Shown here piece after piece: positions 36,442 to 44,329 of a stretch of 52,406 nt of DNA. The notes under the pieces were generated by a model. It saw only the letters and a list, made by a program, of their open reading frames with translations, had not been told where the DNA came from and searched no databases. The position numbers were made by a program, and so were the translations under genes. Numbering within the stretch: position 1 is the first letter of the stretch; each line of letters starts with the position of its first letter. This DNA comes from an uncultured candidate division WWE3 bacterium (GTDB taxonomy: Bacteria > Patescibacteriota > WWE3 > UBA101185 > UBA10185): contig CAIRNR010000007.1 of the NCBI GenBank assembly GCA_903879985.1, positions 531,519-583,924 on the forward strand, read 5' to 3'.

Positions 36442-37533
36442 ATGTCGGATTTTCCTATTTTTAACTCAAAAGCTTTGTCCAAAGGACAGGCTATATATAA
36501 CTTATTGGATCCGGTAGATCGTCAAAAATATTACCACGACAAATTAGGACAGAAAATTGACGAAGTAAAAGAGTACCTTGAGCATGGTAGCTTTGTAGGT
36601 TATATGCTGGCTAAAAAACAGGCTGGTAAAGGTGTTTATTCAAAAATGATTGAAGAAATTCTTGGGCCGGAAAGGTTCGTGCATATATCGGTTGGTGATG
36701 TCGTGCGAAGTGTGCATAATGAGGTTAGCACTCCGGAGGGTGAAAGTGCTTTAAAAAAGTACTTACAGACTACTTATCGGGGATATTTATCTATTGATGA
36801 TGCAATTTCCGCTTTAAAAAATCGTTCTCAGGATAAAGTGAGTATACCAACAGAGTTTTTGCTGGCTATTTTAAAAAGAGAAATAGCTAAAGTTGGTAAA
36901 AAAGCATTATTCATTGACGGGCTTCCTAGAACTTTAGATCAAATTTCTTACTCGTTATATTTTAGAGATCTCATTAACTTTCGGGATGATCCTGATTTTT
37001 TTGTTGTCATCGATGTTCCAATGGCAATTATAGATGCACGCATGAAAAACCGGGTTGTTTGCCCAATTTGTCAGACTTCCCGAAGCTTACTTTTTAGTCC
37101 TACCTCCTTTGTAAAATTAGATATGGAGACAGGGGATTATTATTTTTTGTGTGACAACACCTATTGTAGTGGCTACGGAAAAACACGATACGTGCAAAAA
37201 GACGGAGACCTTGCCGGAACTAATTCTATTGCGGATAGATTACAGCAGGACCAAGACTTAATTGATAAAGCACTCAGTTTACAAGGTATCGACAAGATTT
37301 TACTTAGAAGTGCTACGCCGCTAAGTGTTGCCAAAGATAATCTTGAGGATTATGAAATCCAAAAAATGTGTTCATATAAGGGTGGTGAAGACGGCAAAGA
37401 CGCTGAGGTAATAACTTCTGATTGGGTTTTTAAAGACGACGCTGGTGTGGACTGCTGCACAGCATTTGGCGCAGTATGCGCGATTACTATCTTTTCTCAA
37501 ATTTACGATATTGTTATAGGGAATAAGCTTTAA
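36442..37533 (+). CDS. adenylate-kinase-family protein, atypically long (363 aa), with a divergent P-loop and a Cys4 lid
   Basis: Adk-like FIDGLPRTLDQ, DVPMAIIDARMKNRVVCPICQ...CDNTYC (zinc lid). The P-loop reads AKKQAGKGV instead of GxPGxGKGT. N- and C-terminal extensions are present. Confidence 0.6.
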   Translation: MSDFPIFNSKALSKGQAIYNLLDPVDRQKYYHDKLGQKIDEVKEYLEHGSFVGYMLAKKQAGKGVYSKMIEEILGPERFVHISVGDVVRSVHNEVSTPEGESALKKYLQTTYRGYLSIDDAISALKNRSQDKVSIPTEFLLAILKREIAKVGKKALFIDGLPRTLDQISYSLYFRDLINFRDDPDFFVVIDVPMAIIDARMKNRVVCPICQTSRSLLFSPTSFVKLDMETGDYYFLCDNTYCSGYGKTRYVQKDGDLAGTNSIADRLQQDQDLIDKALSLQGIDKILLRSATPLSVAKDNLEDYEIQKMCSYKGGEDGKDAEVITSDWVFKDDAGVDCCTAFGAVCAITIFSQIYDIVIGNKL

Positions 37534-37584
37534 TTTCTGATATAATCCTTATGTTTTACCCTGTAATGTTTGTTTAGTTGTCGT

Positions 37585-37674
37585 GGAGGGGTCGCATAGT
37601 GGTCTAGTGCGATGGTCTTGAAAACCATTATCGGTGCAAGCTGATCGAGGGTTCGAATCCCTCCCCCTCCGCCA
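37585..37674 (+). tRNA. tRNA-Ser (anticodon TGA), long variable arm, CCA encoded
   Basis: Acceptor GGAGGGG/CCCCTCC, anticodon loop CTTGAAA, an 18-nt variable arm and T-arm GAGGG-TTCGAAT-CCCTC. An upstream TGaTATAAT extended -10 lies at ~37540-37548. Confidence 0.9.
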
Positions 37675-37691
37675 TAAATAAATGTACGTAA

Positions 37692-37717
37692 GTCCGCAGG
37701 AATTGCGGACATTTTTT
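37692..37717 (+). terminator. rho-independent terminator after tRNA-Ser
   Basis: GTCCGCA (37692-37698) pairs with TGCGGAC (37704-37710), followed by ATTTTTT. Confidence 0.75.
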
Positions 37718-37822
37718 ATAGGTGGCGTGGGATGAGAATAGACGGGGTCGAGAAACGTACAGAACCTTTGAGCGTTAGCGAAATAGGTTGTGTAGTTTGG
37801 TGACCGAATCCCTCAACAAAAT

Positions 37823-37854
37823 AGGGAACCCATAAATAAATTTACAGATTCCCT
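37823..37854 (-). terminator. terminator of the minus-strand zinc-ribbon operon
   Basis: On the minus strand, AGGGAATC pairs with GGTTCCCT (8 bp including one G.U) around a 16-nt loop, followed by ATTTTGTT. Confidence 0.5.
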
Positions 37855-37872
37855 TTGCAACTTCCTATAACT

Positions 37873-38079
37873 TTAGAACCGCGCAAACCCGCCGCCAACA
37901 TGTTCAATATGATCATGAGGTTCCGGGTCACACTTTGGGCAGAATGCAATTGTGGGGGTTTCTGTACCTGCATTCACTGTGGTGCCTCGGTACCACTTGT
38001 TAATCGTAATTCTTTTGGCCTTCATTTTGCCGTTGCATTTTTTGCACACTTGATCGATGGTGTACACTTTTCCGCTCAT
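37873..38079 (-). CDS. small zinc-ribbon protein, 68 aa
   Basis: CxxC pairs CKKC (aa 12-15) and CPKC (aa 47-50). SD is AAGGAG, 6 nt upstream. ATGA overlap with the upstream gene. Confidence 0.65.
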   Translation of the reverse strand: MSGKVYTIDQVCKKCNGKMKAKRITINKWYRGTTVNAGTETPTIAFCPKCDPEPHDHIEHVGGGFARF

Positions 38080-38429
38080 TTAATTCTCCTTATCTTTTTG
38101 TTGTTTATTCTTTGCAGTGCCATTGTAATTGCACATTCTGGGCACCATGTTTCTCGTTGCGTTAAGACGTCCAATATTTTGTATACCGGCAGGTGCATTG
38201 TGTTGATAAGCACATGAAATACAACTTCTTTTCCTAAAACTTTGTACTTACGAATTCCTGGTTTTTCCGGATATAGATCAGATAGAAAAACGAATCCTTT
38301 GCGATATAAAAACTTTGGTAAACCCAGGTTCTCACAATCCTTTGCCTTTTGCCTTGCTTCCTGTGCAGTATGTCCGGTATATATATTTCGACATATCCTG
38401 CAAGCATACGCATACTTTTTAACGGGCAT
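38076..38429 (-). CDS. small Cys-rich (CxxC...CxxC) protein, 117 aa; start trimmed from the 150-aa ORF
   Basis: The internal Met (MPVKKYAYACRICRN...) is preceded by AAGGAGGAGAAATACT. CRIC (aa 10-13) and CPEC (aa 98-101). The basic C-terminus is NNKKIRRIK. Confidence 0.65.
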   Translation of the reverse strand: MPVKKYAYACRICRNIYTGHTAQEARQKAKDCENLGLPKFLYRKGFVFLSDLYPEKPGIRKYKVLGKEVVFHVLINTMHLPVYKILDVLTQRETWCPECAITMALQRINNKKIRRIK

Positions 38430-38551
38430 AGTATTTCTCCTCCTTATATTTTGATTGGGTGCATTATAACATTCTGCTTTACAAGATATCTTATAGTAAG
38501 GTATACTGGTTGTAATACTATTTGGCAATACCTAGAAAAGGAGTAGAAAAA
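38430..38551. promoter_or_regulatory. divergent promoter region with a central 10-bp palindrome
   Basis: Plus strand: TTACAA (38479-38484), 17 nt, TATACT (38502-38507). Minus strand: extended -10 TGTTATAAT (38471-38463). The perfect palindrome AAGATATCTT (38483-38492) overlaps the plus -35. Confidence 0.45.
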
Positions 38552-38866
38552 ATGTGTGACATTTACGAGTTAGACGGTTTGGGCAAGAAGGCGAGAAAAG
38601 TTTTTCCGCCTACGGCATTAGCACCTATAATCACCGACAAAGCAACTTTACGGCAGCTGGAGCAACAGTGTGAAATGTTTGCTAATACTGTTGCAGGTGG
38701 CGGAGGTCCCCGTTTTGAGGCTTTTTTTCTTGTCCCCGGATGTAGTGAGGGCATTTTTGCAGGCAAAATGGATATCAAAGATACCGAAAAGAAATACTCG
38801 GATTTGATATCTCTCTGCACTAAAGCACTGCGCCACACTCCGGAGTGGATATGTGTCTACGCCTAA
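38552..38866 (+). CDS. hypothetical protein, 104 aa (start trimmed from the 114-aa ORF)
   Basis: MCDIYELDG... is preceded by AAAGGAG, 8 nt upstream. No recognisable family. Contains five Cys and a GGGG tract. Confidence 0.6.
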   Translation: MCDIYELDGLGKKARKVFPPTALAPIITDKATLRQLEQQCEMFANTVAGGGGPRFEAFFLVPGCSEGIFAGKMDIKDTEKKYSDLISLCTKALRHTPEWICVYA

Positions 38867-38880
38867 GGCTATTTTTTTTG

Positions 38881-38931
38881 ATCCCTCGTGTACGTAACAG
38901 AATATTGTTGCTATGCGAGGGATTCTTTTTT
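38881..38931 (+). terminator. hairpin plus T-run terminator
   Basis: ATCCCTCG (38881-38888) pairs with CGAGGGAT (38916-38923), followed by TCTTTTTTGG. The loop is long at 27 nt. Confidence 0.5.
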
Positions 38932-38946
38932 GGTAAACTGAACATA

Positions 38947-40107
38947 ATGAAGTTTCTGAAAAGTCGCGTGGTTTACATTTTAACTTTACTTTTAGTAGCG
39001 CTGTTTCTGCGCTTTTTTCTACTGTCTCTTTTGGAAGATACATCAGACAAAGTTCTTAGTATATCTATAGCGTCTCTAATCCTGGTTATCGGAGCTGGTT
39101 TCGTATTGATGGGTACTGCAAATGTAATCGAAGAGACCACAGAGGTCTTACAAGAACGCACGCACTTAGCAGGTGGTTTATTGCAATCGCTAGGTACGGC
39201 TTTTCCGGATATGGTTTTAGGTATCGTAGCCGCACTGGTTAGTCTTAAATTACAGGCAACCGACTATACTATGGCCGTAAATTATGCAATCATTGCAGCT
39301 TCTACCACTTTTGGTTCGAATATTTATAACGTAGCCCATGCAACGTGGTGCTTACTTCGTCAAAATCTTGCTAATGCTAAAAATAAAAACTTTTTGATGT
39401 TTCCGTTTCTACCCATGTTTGGCACAGTTAGGCCAATGCAAGATCATCCAACTAAACCTTCTATGCAAGAACTTGATACTGCGATAGCTGTGTCTACTGC
39501 TTTAACTGTACTTACAACAGTTGTGGCACTTAGTATGGTTATATTTGGTCATGTAGCAACGCCGCCAAAGAACTTTGGCACAGATTTATATCAATTGATT
39601 AGACCCGCAGGATTATTTGTATTTGCTTTTGGTGTAGCCATACTATTCCTTTTTAGAAAGACTCAAAAAGTAGAGAATCCGGAAAAAGAAATTGTGGCAG
39701 AAGAACAATATTATAGAAATAAATCCAATCTTGTTATTTGGATTCATTTAGCTTTGTCTGGTGCAGCTATTTTATTTGCCGCTGAAAGTATGGTGCATGC
39801 AATTCAAGTGATTTGTGTAGCGACGAACTTACCTTTTGTAGTGGCAGGTATCTTGGCAGGAGTAATTGGCTGCCTGGGAGAAATGATTGTGGTACACAAC
39901 TACTCGGTAAATCCTGCAGGACGCATTGGCGATGCCGTTGTAGGCGTTGCAATGGACAATATTGTTACTATTATAGGTGCTTCAATTGTGGCTATTATGG
40001 GAGGAATCTTTTTAGGTGGATCTTCATTGATACTGGTATTCGTGATTATTTTGAGTTTTAATACGGTTTTGATAGCCCAAATTTCCAAGTTAAAGAACGC
40101 TCTTTAG
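38947..40107 (+). CDS. CaCA (sodium/calcium exchanger)-like polytopic membrane transporter, 386 aa (start trimmed)
   Basis: Alpha-repeat-like motifs GTAFPDM...FGSNIYNV and GCLGEM...GVAMDNIVTI. About 10 TM helices. Start chosen at MKFLKSRVVYILTLLL. Confidence 0.6.
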   Translation: MKFLKSRVVYILTLLLVALFLRFFLLSLLEDTSDKVLSISIASLILVIGAGFVLMGTANVIEETTEVLQERTHLAGGLLQSLGTAFPDMVLGIVAALVSLKLQATDYTMAVNYAIIAASTTFGSNIYNVAHATWCLLRQNLANAKNKNFLMFPFLPMFGTVRPMQDHPTKPSMQELDTAIAVSTALTVLTTVVALSMVIFGHVATPPKNFGTDLYQLIRPAGLFVFAFGVAILFLFRKTQKVENPEKEIVAEEQYYRNKSNLVIWIHLALSGAAILFAAESMVHAIQVICVATNLPFVVAGILAGVIGCLGEMIVVHNYSVNPAGRIGDAVVGVAMDNIVTIIGASIVAIMGGIFLGGSSLILVFVIILSFNTVLIAQISKLKNAL

Positions 40108-40151
40108 ATTTAATTATCCTATTTTTCCTGTTAGAATGAGCTCAATTGTTT

Positions 40152-40226
40152 GCCTTCGTAGTTCAACGGATAGAACGCGGACCTCCTAAGTCTGAAATGC
40201 AGGTTCAATTCCCGCCGAGGGCACCA
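40152..40226 (+). tRNA. tRNA-Arg (anticodon CCT), CCA encoded
   Basis: Acceptor GCCTTCG/CGAGGGC and anticodon loop CTCCTAA. The T-arm GCAGG-TTCAATT-CCCGC has one A-C mismatch. Confidence 0.8.
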
Positions 40227-40395
40227 GTAGTTTGAGTCGTTTTAGGTTACGGCTTACTAAATGCAAAAGCAATTGCGTGGTGTCCAAACTTTTCAAACAC
40301 ACGCTCACATACGTTCGCGGGGTGTAAGAGCTTGCTCGTACCGCAATATGCGGTACTGCGCTTCCTCATACACGCCCTCAGTCACTTTGTTCCTT

Positions 40396-40471
40396 CGGGG
40401 TGTAGCTCAGTTGGTAGAGTACACGGTTCGGGACCGTGAGGTCGGCGGTTCGAATCCGCTCACCCCGACCA
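40396..40471 (+). tRNA. tRNA-Pro (anticodon CGG), CCA encoded
   Basis: Acceptor CGGGGTG/CACCCCG (C1:G72, typical of bacterial tRNA-Pro), anticodon loop TTCGGGA, and T-arm GGCGG-TTCGAAT-CCGCT. Confidence 0.9.
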
Positions 40472-40549
40472 AAAAAAGCCCTCCAATCCACATTTAGTTT
40501 GTTAACCAAAAGTAGAGTAGAGGGTTTCGGTTCGGCTGACAGCAAAGGA

Positions 40550-40774
40550 TTACTGAGGTTCGCTTCCTTTGTTGTCCAGTACCCAATCGTAGATAATTTG
40601 AAATAGCGCAGAATCAACTGTATTGCACCACAAAATGCTGTCATCAGGATCCATCCTGTAAAAGTCGGGATTCTTTTGTACCAATTTGTGGGCACGGTTG
40701 CGCACTTCATCGCTATATCTTTGATCTGTAGGAACGCCAGATCCTGAAAATTGCAAAGAGTGTAAGGGGGACAT
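40550..40774 (-). CDS. small hypothetical protein, 74 aa (start trimmed)
   Basis: MSPLHSLQFSGSG... is preceded by AAAGGAG, 6 nt upstream. No family recognised. Confidence 0.5.
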   Translation of the reverse strand: MSPLHSLQFSGSGVPTDQRYSDEVRNRAHKLVQKNPDFYRMDPDDSILWCNTVDSALFQIIYDWVLDNKGSEPQ

Positions 40775-40869
40775 TAATAGCTCCTTTTTCAATAAGTTTA
40801 AGTTGTCAATTGGGATGATTATATTACACTATAGGGCAAAGGGCAACTTTACGCCGTTACCCTGGGTAT

Positions 40870-42117
40870 TTAACTAAACATCAAAAGACCGGGTTGAAAA
40901 AGCATTAAAATTCCGATTAACAAAATCACAACACCTCCAATAAGTCTGGAGTAACGCATATATTTGTTTTTTATTCCCACAGCCTCAAAAGTTACCATGG
41001 CGATAACAAATACTATTATATTGTCTAGTAAGTAAAAGAATATGTATAAGAGTAAGTAAGCGTAGTATTCCCATTTTGGCATTGGCGACATACTTAATAT
41101 CTTTGTGTAGAGAGCCGGCAATCCTGCAGAGCAGAGAAGTTCGAATGCGTTTATAACTACAGCTAATGTAATTATTCCACCTAAGGCAAGCCATAAACTT
41201 TGTTTATGAACAATATCTTTAACCGTTTCAAAGATTTTTTGTCTGCGTTCTTCACCAACAGTTGCACACCCACCTTTTCTATGGATCCAATAATCACGTA
41301 AGTAATAGATACCCATGCCGAGTGATAGCAGTCCGATTATGTATCTGATAATTGTGACGTATCCTAGGAACAAAAATGCGTTGAGCCATGCGGCCATGAA
41401 CAAATAATAGATAACTCCCGATGCGATAATAAATGAACTACCTAAAATCCACATTTTCTTTCTTTCATTCATGCCAATTAATAAACTAATTAAGAATAAA
41501 AGTACCCACATTGAGCATGGATTAAATCCGTCTAGCAATCCAACTACAAGAGTGATCAAAGGGAGTGAGAAATTCTTTAAATTTACATTTCCAATTACAG
41601 GAATTTTTAAATTTAAATCTTGAGTTAATCCAGAGGTAGCAGGTTTGTTTGGTTGTGCATTATTTGTTTCTATTGTATTTAGCTTTGGTGTAATTTTTGT
41701 TTCTGTAATTACTTGTGCAACAACATCCTGTGGGTGATTTGCTAGAGCTGCATTAATTTTATCCCCAATCTCCGCTCCGGTTGTGGATTCGTCATTAAAT
41801 CCTACGATGGGCTCGTTACCAATTACCAAAAATGGTACGCCGCCCGAGGTTTGATTTAACTTATTTCCTACAGCCACAAAAAGATTTAAATTATCGGAAC
41901 TTGTGGTTAATTCATATTTTTGAAAGTCTACGGTTGGATATTTTGAAGCAATACTATTTAAAAATGCTATTTCTTTTACGCAGTGAGGACAAATCTTTGA
42001 GTGAAATAGATAAACTTTGAGTGTTTTTGTCTGTTCCTGCGCCCGTGCTGGTACTATTGTAGTCAAAGTTACGCACAGAGTTACTATTATAATGAGATAT
42101 TTAAAGAATGCTTTCAT
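40870..42117 (-). CDS. secreted glutaredoxin/thioredoxin-fold domain fused to a DsbD/CcdA-like membrane thiol-disulfide transporter domain
   Basis: Signal peptide, then a CPHC redox motif (HSKICPHCVKE). The polytopic domain has Cys in TM contexts (DGFNPCSMWVL and ELLCSAGLP). Confidence 0.7.
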   Translation of the reverse strand: MKAFFKYLIIIVTLCVTLTTIVPARAQEQTKTLKVYLFHSKICPHCVKEIAFLNSIASKYPTVDFQKYELTTSSDNLNLFVAVGNKLNQTSGGVPFLVIGNEPIVGFNDESTTGAEIGDKINAALANHPQDVVAQVITETKITPKLNTIETNNAQPNKPATSGLTQDLNLKIPVIGNVNLKNFSLPLITLVVGLLDGFNPCSMWVLLFLISLLIGMNERKKMWILGSSFIIASGVIYYLFMAAWLNAFLFLGYVTIIRYIIGLLSLGMGIYYLRDYWIHRKGGCATVGEERRQKIFETVKDIVHKQSLWLALGGIITLAVVINAFELLCSAGLPALYTKILSMSPMPKWEYYAYLLLYIFFYLLDNIIVFVIAMVTFEAVGIKNKYMRYSRLIGGVVILLIGILMLFQPGLLMFS

Positions 42118-42386
42118 TTATCTTTGTTTTCTAAAACGGCTTTTAATAAATCTTTTTCTTCAACTTCGCCTACAAATCTAGTGATTTCATTATTATCTTT
42201 ATCAAGAAAAATAAATGTTGGGATAACTGCTTTTTCGAGATTGTATTTTATAGCAATATCTTTATTGTCGTCGAATTCGTAATACTCAGTTACTAACCAA
42301 GGATTTTGTGCTTCAATCTTTTTCCAGACGGGTCGCATTACTAAACATTCGGGACACCAAATTGCTCCAATTTTTAAAACTTTCAT
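42114..42386 (-). CDS. thioredoxin-fold protein (WCPEC active site), ~90 aa
   Basis: MKVLKIGAIWCPECLVMRP. ATGA overlap with the downstream DsbD-like gene. The start is ambiguous: the ORF track extends to 42422, which would overlap the divergent sortase gene. Confidence 0.7.
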   Translation of the reverse strand: MKVLKIGAIWCPECLVMRPVWKKIEAQNPWLVTEYYEFDDNKDIAIKYNLEKAVIPTFIFLDKDNNEITRFVGEVEEKDLLKAVLENKDK

Positions 42387-42393
42387 CTGGTTA

Positions 42394-43068
42394 TTGTACA
42401 ATAATAGTGTGTATAAGTTCAAATCGAAACTTAAATTTTCCGCATTGCTAATTATAATAGGAATATTTTTTATTGTTGCCTCGTTTGGTCCGTTAATAAA
42501 GGACGAAGTTTGGTTTTATTTAAAGCAATTTAAGAATCAACAAATGTCTTTAAGTACTTCCGGCGGAGAAAAAGATTCCGCATTTGCTCGATTCTTAACT
42601 TCTACGCCAATTCAAATTACCCCTGTTAACAAAGATTTTTCTTTAGTGATAGAAAAGATTGGTGTTAACGCACCTATTGTCGCTGATGTGCCAGTTGATA
42701 ACGAAGAAGCTTATAAAGAGGCACTTCAGCATGGTATCGCGCAGGCAATAACTTCTGACTATCCTACAAAGTCACCAAGTAACGTTTATCTCTTTGCCCA
42801 TACTTCATTGGGTTTCTGGGATCTTGGCGGTTATGCCACTGTTTTTAATTTATTACATCAATTGAGTATCGGTGATCCTATCCACGTGTTTTATAAAAAT
42901 TCCGACTACGTATATATAGTAGTGAATAAAGAAATTGTTGGCGGGTGGAATACTTTTCCACTAACACGTCCCACGATCGAACCACTGTTGACTCTGCAGA
43001 CATGTGATCCACCGGGAACAACTTTAAATAGATTGATTATCACCGCAAAACTAAAAGAAGTTCTTTAG
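42394..43068 (+). CDS. sortase family transpeptidase (second copy)
   Basis: N-terminal TM, His context YLFAHTS, the TLxTC motif LTLQTCDPPGT, and a downstream Arg (NRLIITA). The TTG start comes from the ORF track, and a GTG five codons later is also possible. Confidence 0.8.
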   Translation: MYNNSVYKFKSKLKFSALLIIIGIFFIVASFGPLIKDEVWFYLKQFKNQQMSLSTSGGEKDSAFARFLTSTPIQITPVNKDFSLVIEKIGVNAPIVADVPVDNEEAYKEALQHGIAQAITSDYPTKSPSNVYLFAHTSLGFWDLGGYATVFNLLHQLSIGDPIHVFYKNSDYVYIVVNKEIVGGWNTFPLTRPTIEPLLTLQTCDPPGTTLNRLIITAKLKEVL

Positions 43069-43087
43069 TAATAGCGCTAGCAATTTA

Positions 43088-44275
43088 TTATCTAATTCCT
43101 ACTGTGTATAGATCGGTTTGATCGCCTGACTTAAATGATGTTAGGATAATCACTTTATCACCACTTGGTGCGCTGTATACACTGTCGGAGTACAACGTGT
43201 TGTTATAGATTTCTACTTTATTTGTGCCATCTATTCTAATCAAGCTGATAGAACCTTTTTTGTCTTTTTCTACATTTCCTTCGACCAAAATAAGATGAAA
43301 GCTATCTGAGTACCAGCTAATTTTTGGTTGAGCGTCGGTTACGTTTGTAGTTAATACTAAGGTGTCGTCTTTTTCACCTACAGGAATTGGTTTTTCAAAA
43401 TCATAAACTCTATATTCCAATTGGTTTCCGTTTTGAATTGTATATAAAAATTTCTTATTATCTGGAGCCCAAATGGATTTAGGTGATGTAGCGAGTTGTT
43501 TAATATTATCTGCAACTTCCATATTGGCTACAAAATCGGTTCTTTTTTTCATTTCGGTGTTGGCCCAGCTGCTTCTGACTAGCTGTGGAGATGATGTTGT
43601 TTGTGCTGTATTTGTTTGTAAATCTACTAAATAATATTGACTTGAAACACCGCTTCCTTGAACTAGTAATTCTTTTTCATCTGGTGCCCATTCAATAGTT
43701 ATGCCTGAGGAATACTTGGTAAACCTTGTGTCTTGTATAGCAATAGTAGGTGTTGATCTAAATAAGTTTATGCCTGTACCGCCGAGGGGGATTACCCAAA
43801 TTCCTGGTTTCTCTTTATCTTGTGAGAAGTAGGCTAATTTATTTAGAGTAGGTGAGATCTTTGGGAATTTTGCCCCTGTATTTGTTAAAGGTTCTAAGCT
43901 TGGACTTTGAGAAACGAGTATAGCTGTGATATCTGTAACTAGGTCTTGGTAGACATCTATATCTTTGGTCCAATCAACAAATCCTTTTCTTACTATTCTT
44001 AGTTTGTGTGTGCCCGGTGTTATACCTGACATAGTGTCGTTTGTAGCAGTTACTAACTTGTCATCTAAATAGACTGAAGCGGAGTCGGGGATAGATTTAA
44101 CGCTAATCATACCTGTCTTATTAAGATCAATTGTACTTTGGCCTGGTTTATTGTTGCTTAAATTCAATCTATATCCTGATGTATGTAGATATAGGACTGT
44201 AGTAGCTCCCAATATTAATACAAGTGTGAGAATTCCTTCTAAGACCCAAAGGCGTGATTTGTGAGTTTGATTCAT
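43088..44275 (-). CDS. membrane-anchored PEGA-domain protein with a beta-propeller-like (TolB/PD40-like) C-terminal region
   Basis: TM helix, then the PEGA pattern ISVKSIPDSASVYLDDKLV...GTHKLRIVRKGFVDW, then repetitive beta-rich sequence. Confidence 0.7.
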   Translation of the reverse strand: MNQTHKSRLWVLEGILTLVLILGATTVLYLHTSGYRLNLSNNKPGQSTIDLNKTGMISVKSIPDSASVYLDDKLVTATNDTMSGITPGTHKLRIVRKGFVDWTKDIDVYQDLVTDITAILVSQSPSLEPLTNTGAKFPKISPTLNKLAYFSQDKEKPGIWVIPLGGTGINLFRSTPTIAIQDTRFTKYSSGITIEWAPDEKELLVQGSGVSSQYYLVDLQTNTAQTTSSPQLVRSSWANTEMKKRTDFVANMEVADNIKQLATSPKSIWAPDNKKFLYTIQNGNQLEYRVYDFEKPIPVGEKDDTLVLTTNVTDAQPKISWYSDSFHLILVEGNVEKDKKGSISLIRIDGTNKVEIYNNTLYSDSVYSAPSGDKVIILTSFKSGDQTDLYTVGIR

Positions 44276-44329
44276 GCGTCTATTTTACTCGAAAACACAG
44301 GATTATCAAAAGGCTAGTATAATCATGTA
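44276..44329. promoter_or_regulatory. 54-bp divergent intergenic region with two -10 boxes, each placed 7 nt from its start codon (leaderless-type)
   Basis: Plus: TATAAT 44318-44323, ATG 44330. Minus: TAAAAT (complement of 44282-44287), ATG at 44275. Neither side has a Shine-Dalgarno. Confidence 0.45.

Noticed and set aside
37805-37815. CGAATCCCTC, identical to 10 nt of the tRNA-Ser T-arm (a possible att-site direct repeat)
   Set aside because: It is only 10 nt and lies ~135 nt from the tRNA rather than at the far edge of an island. No integrase is present. That is too weak to call an integration scar.
37855-39043. Alternate-frame ORFs in the zinc-ribbon module (37855-38217, 38242-38454, 38349-38546, 38563-38838, 38648-39043) and N-terminal extensions of 38076-38528, 38522-38866 and 38845-40107
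   Set aside because: They have no RBS, whereas internal starts at 38429, 38552 and 38947 have a strong SD (38429, 38552) or begin a sensible N-terminal hydrophobic segment (38947). The extensions would run through promoters and terminators.
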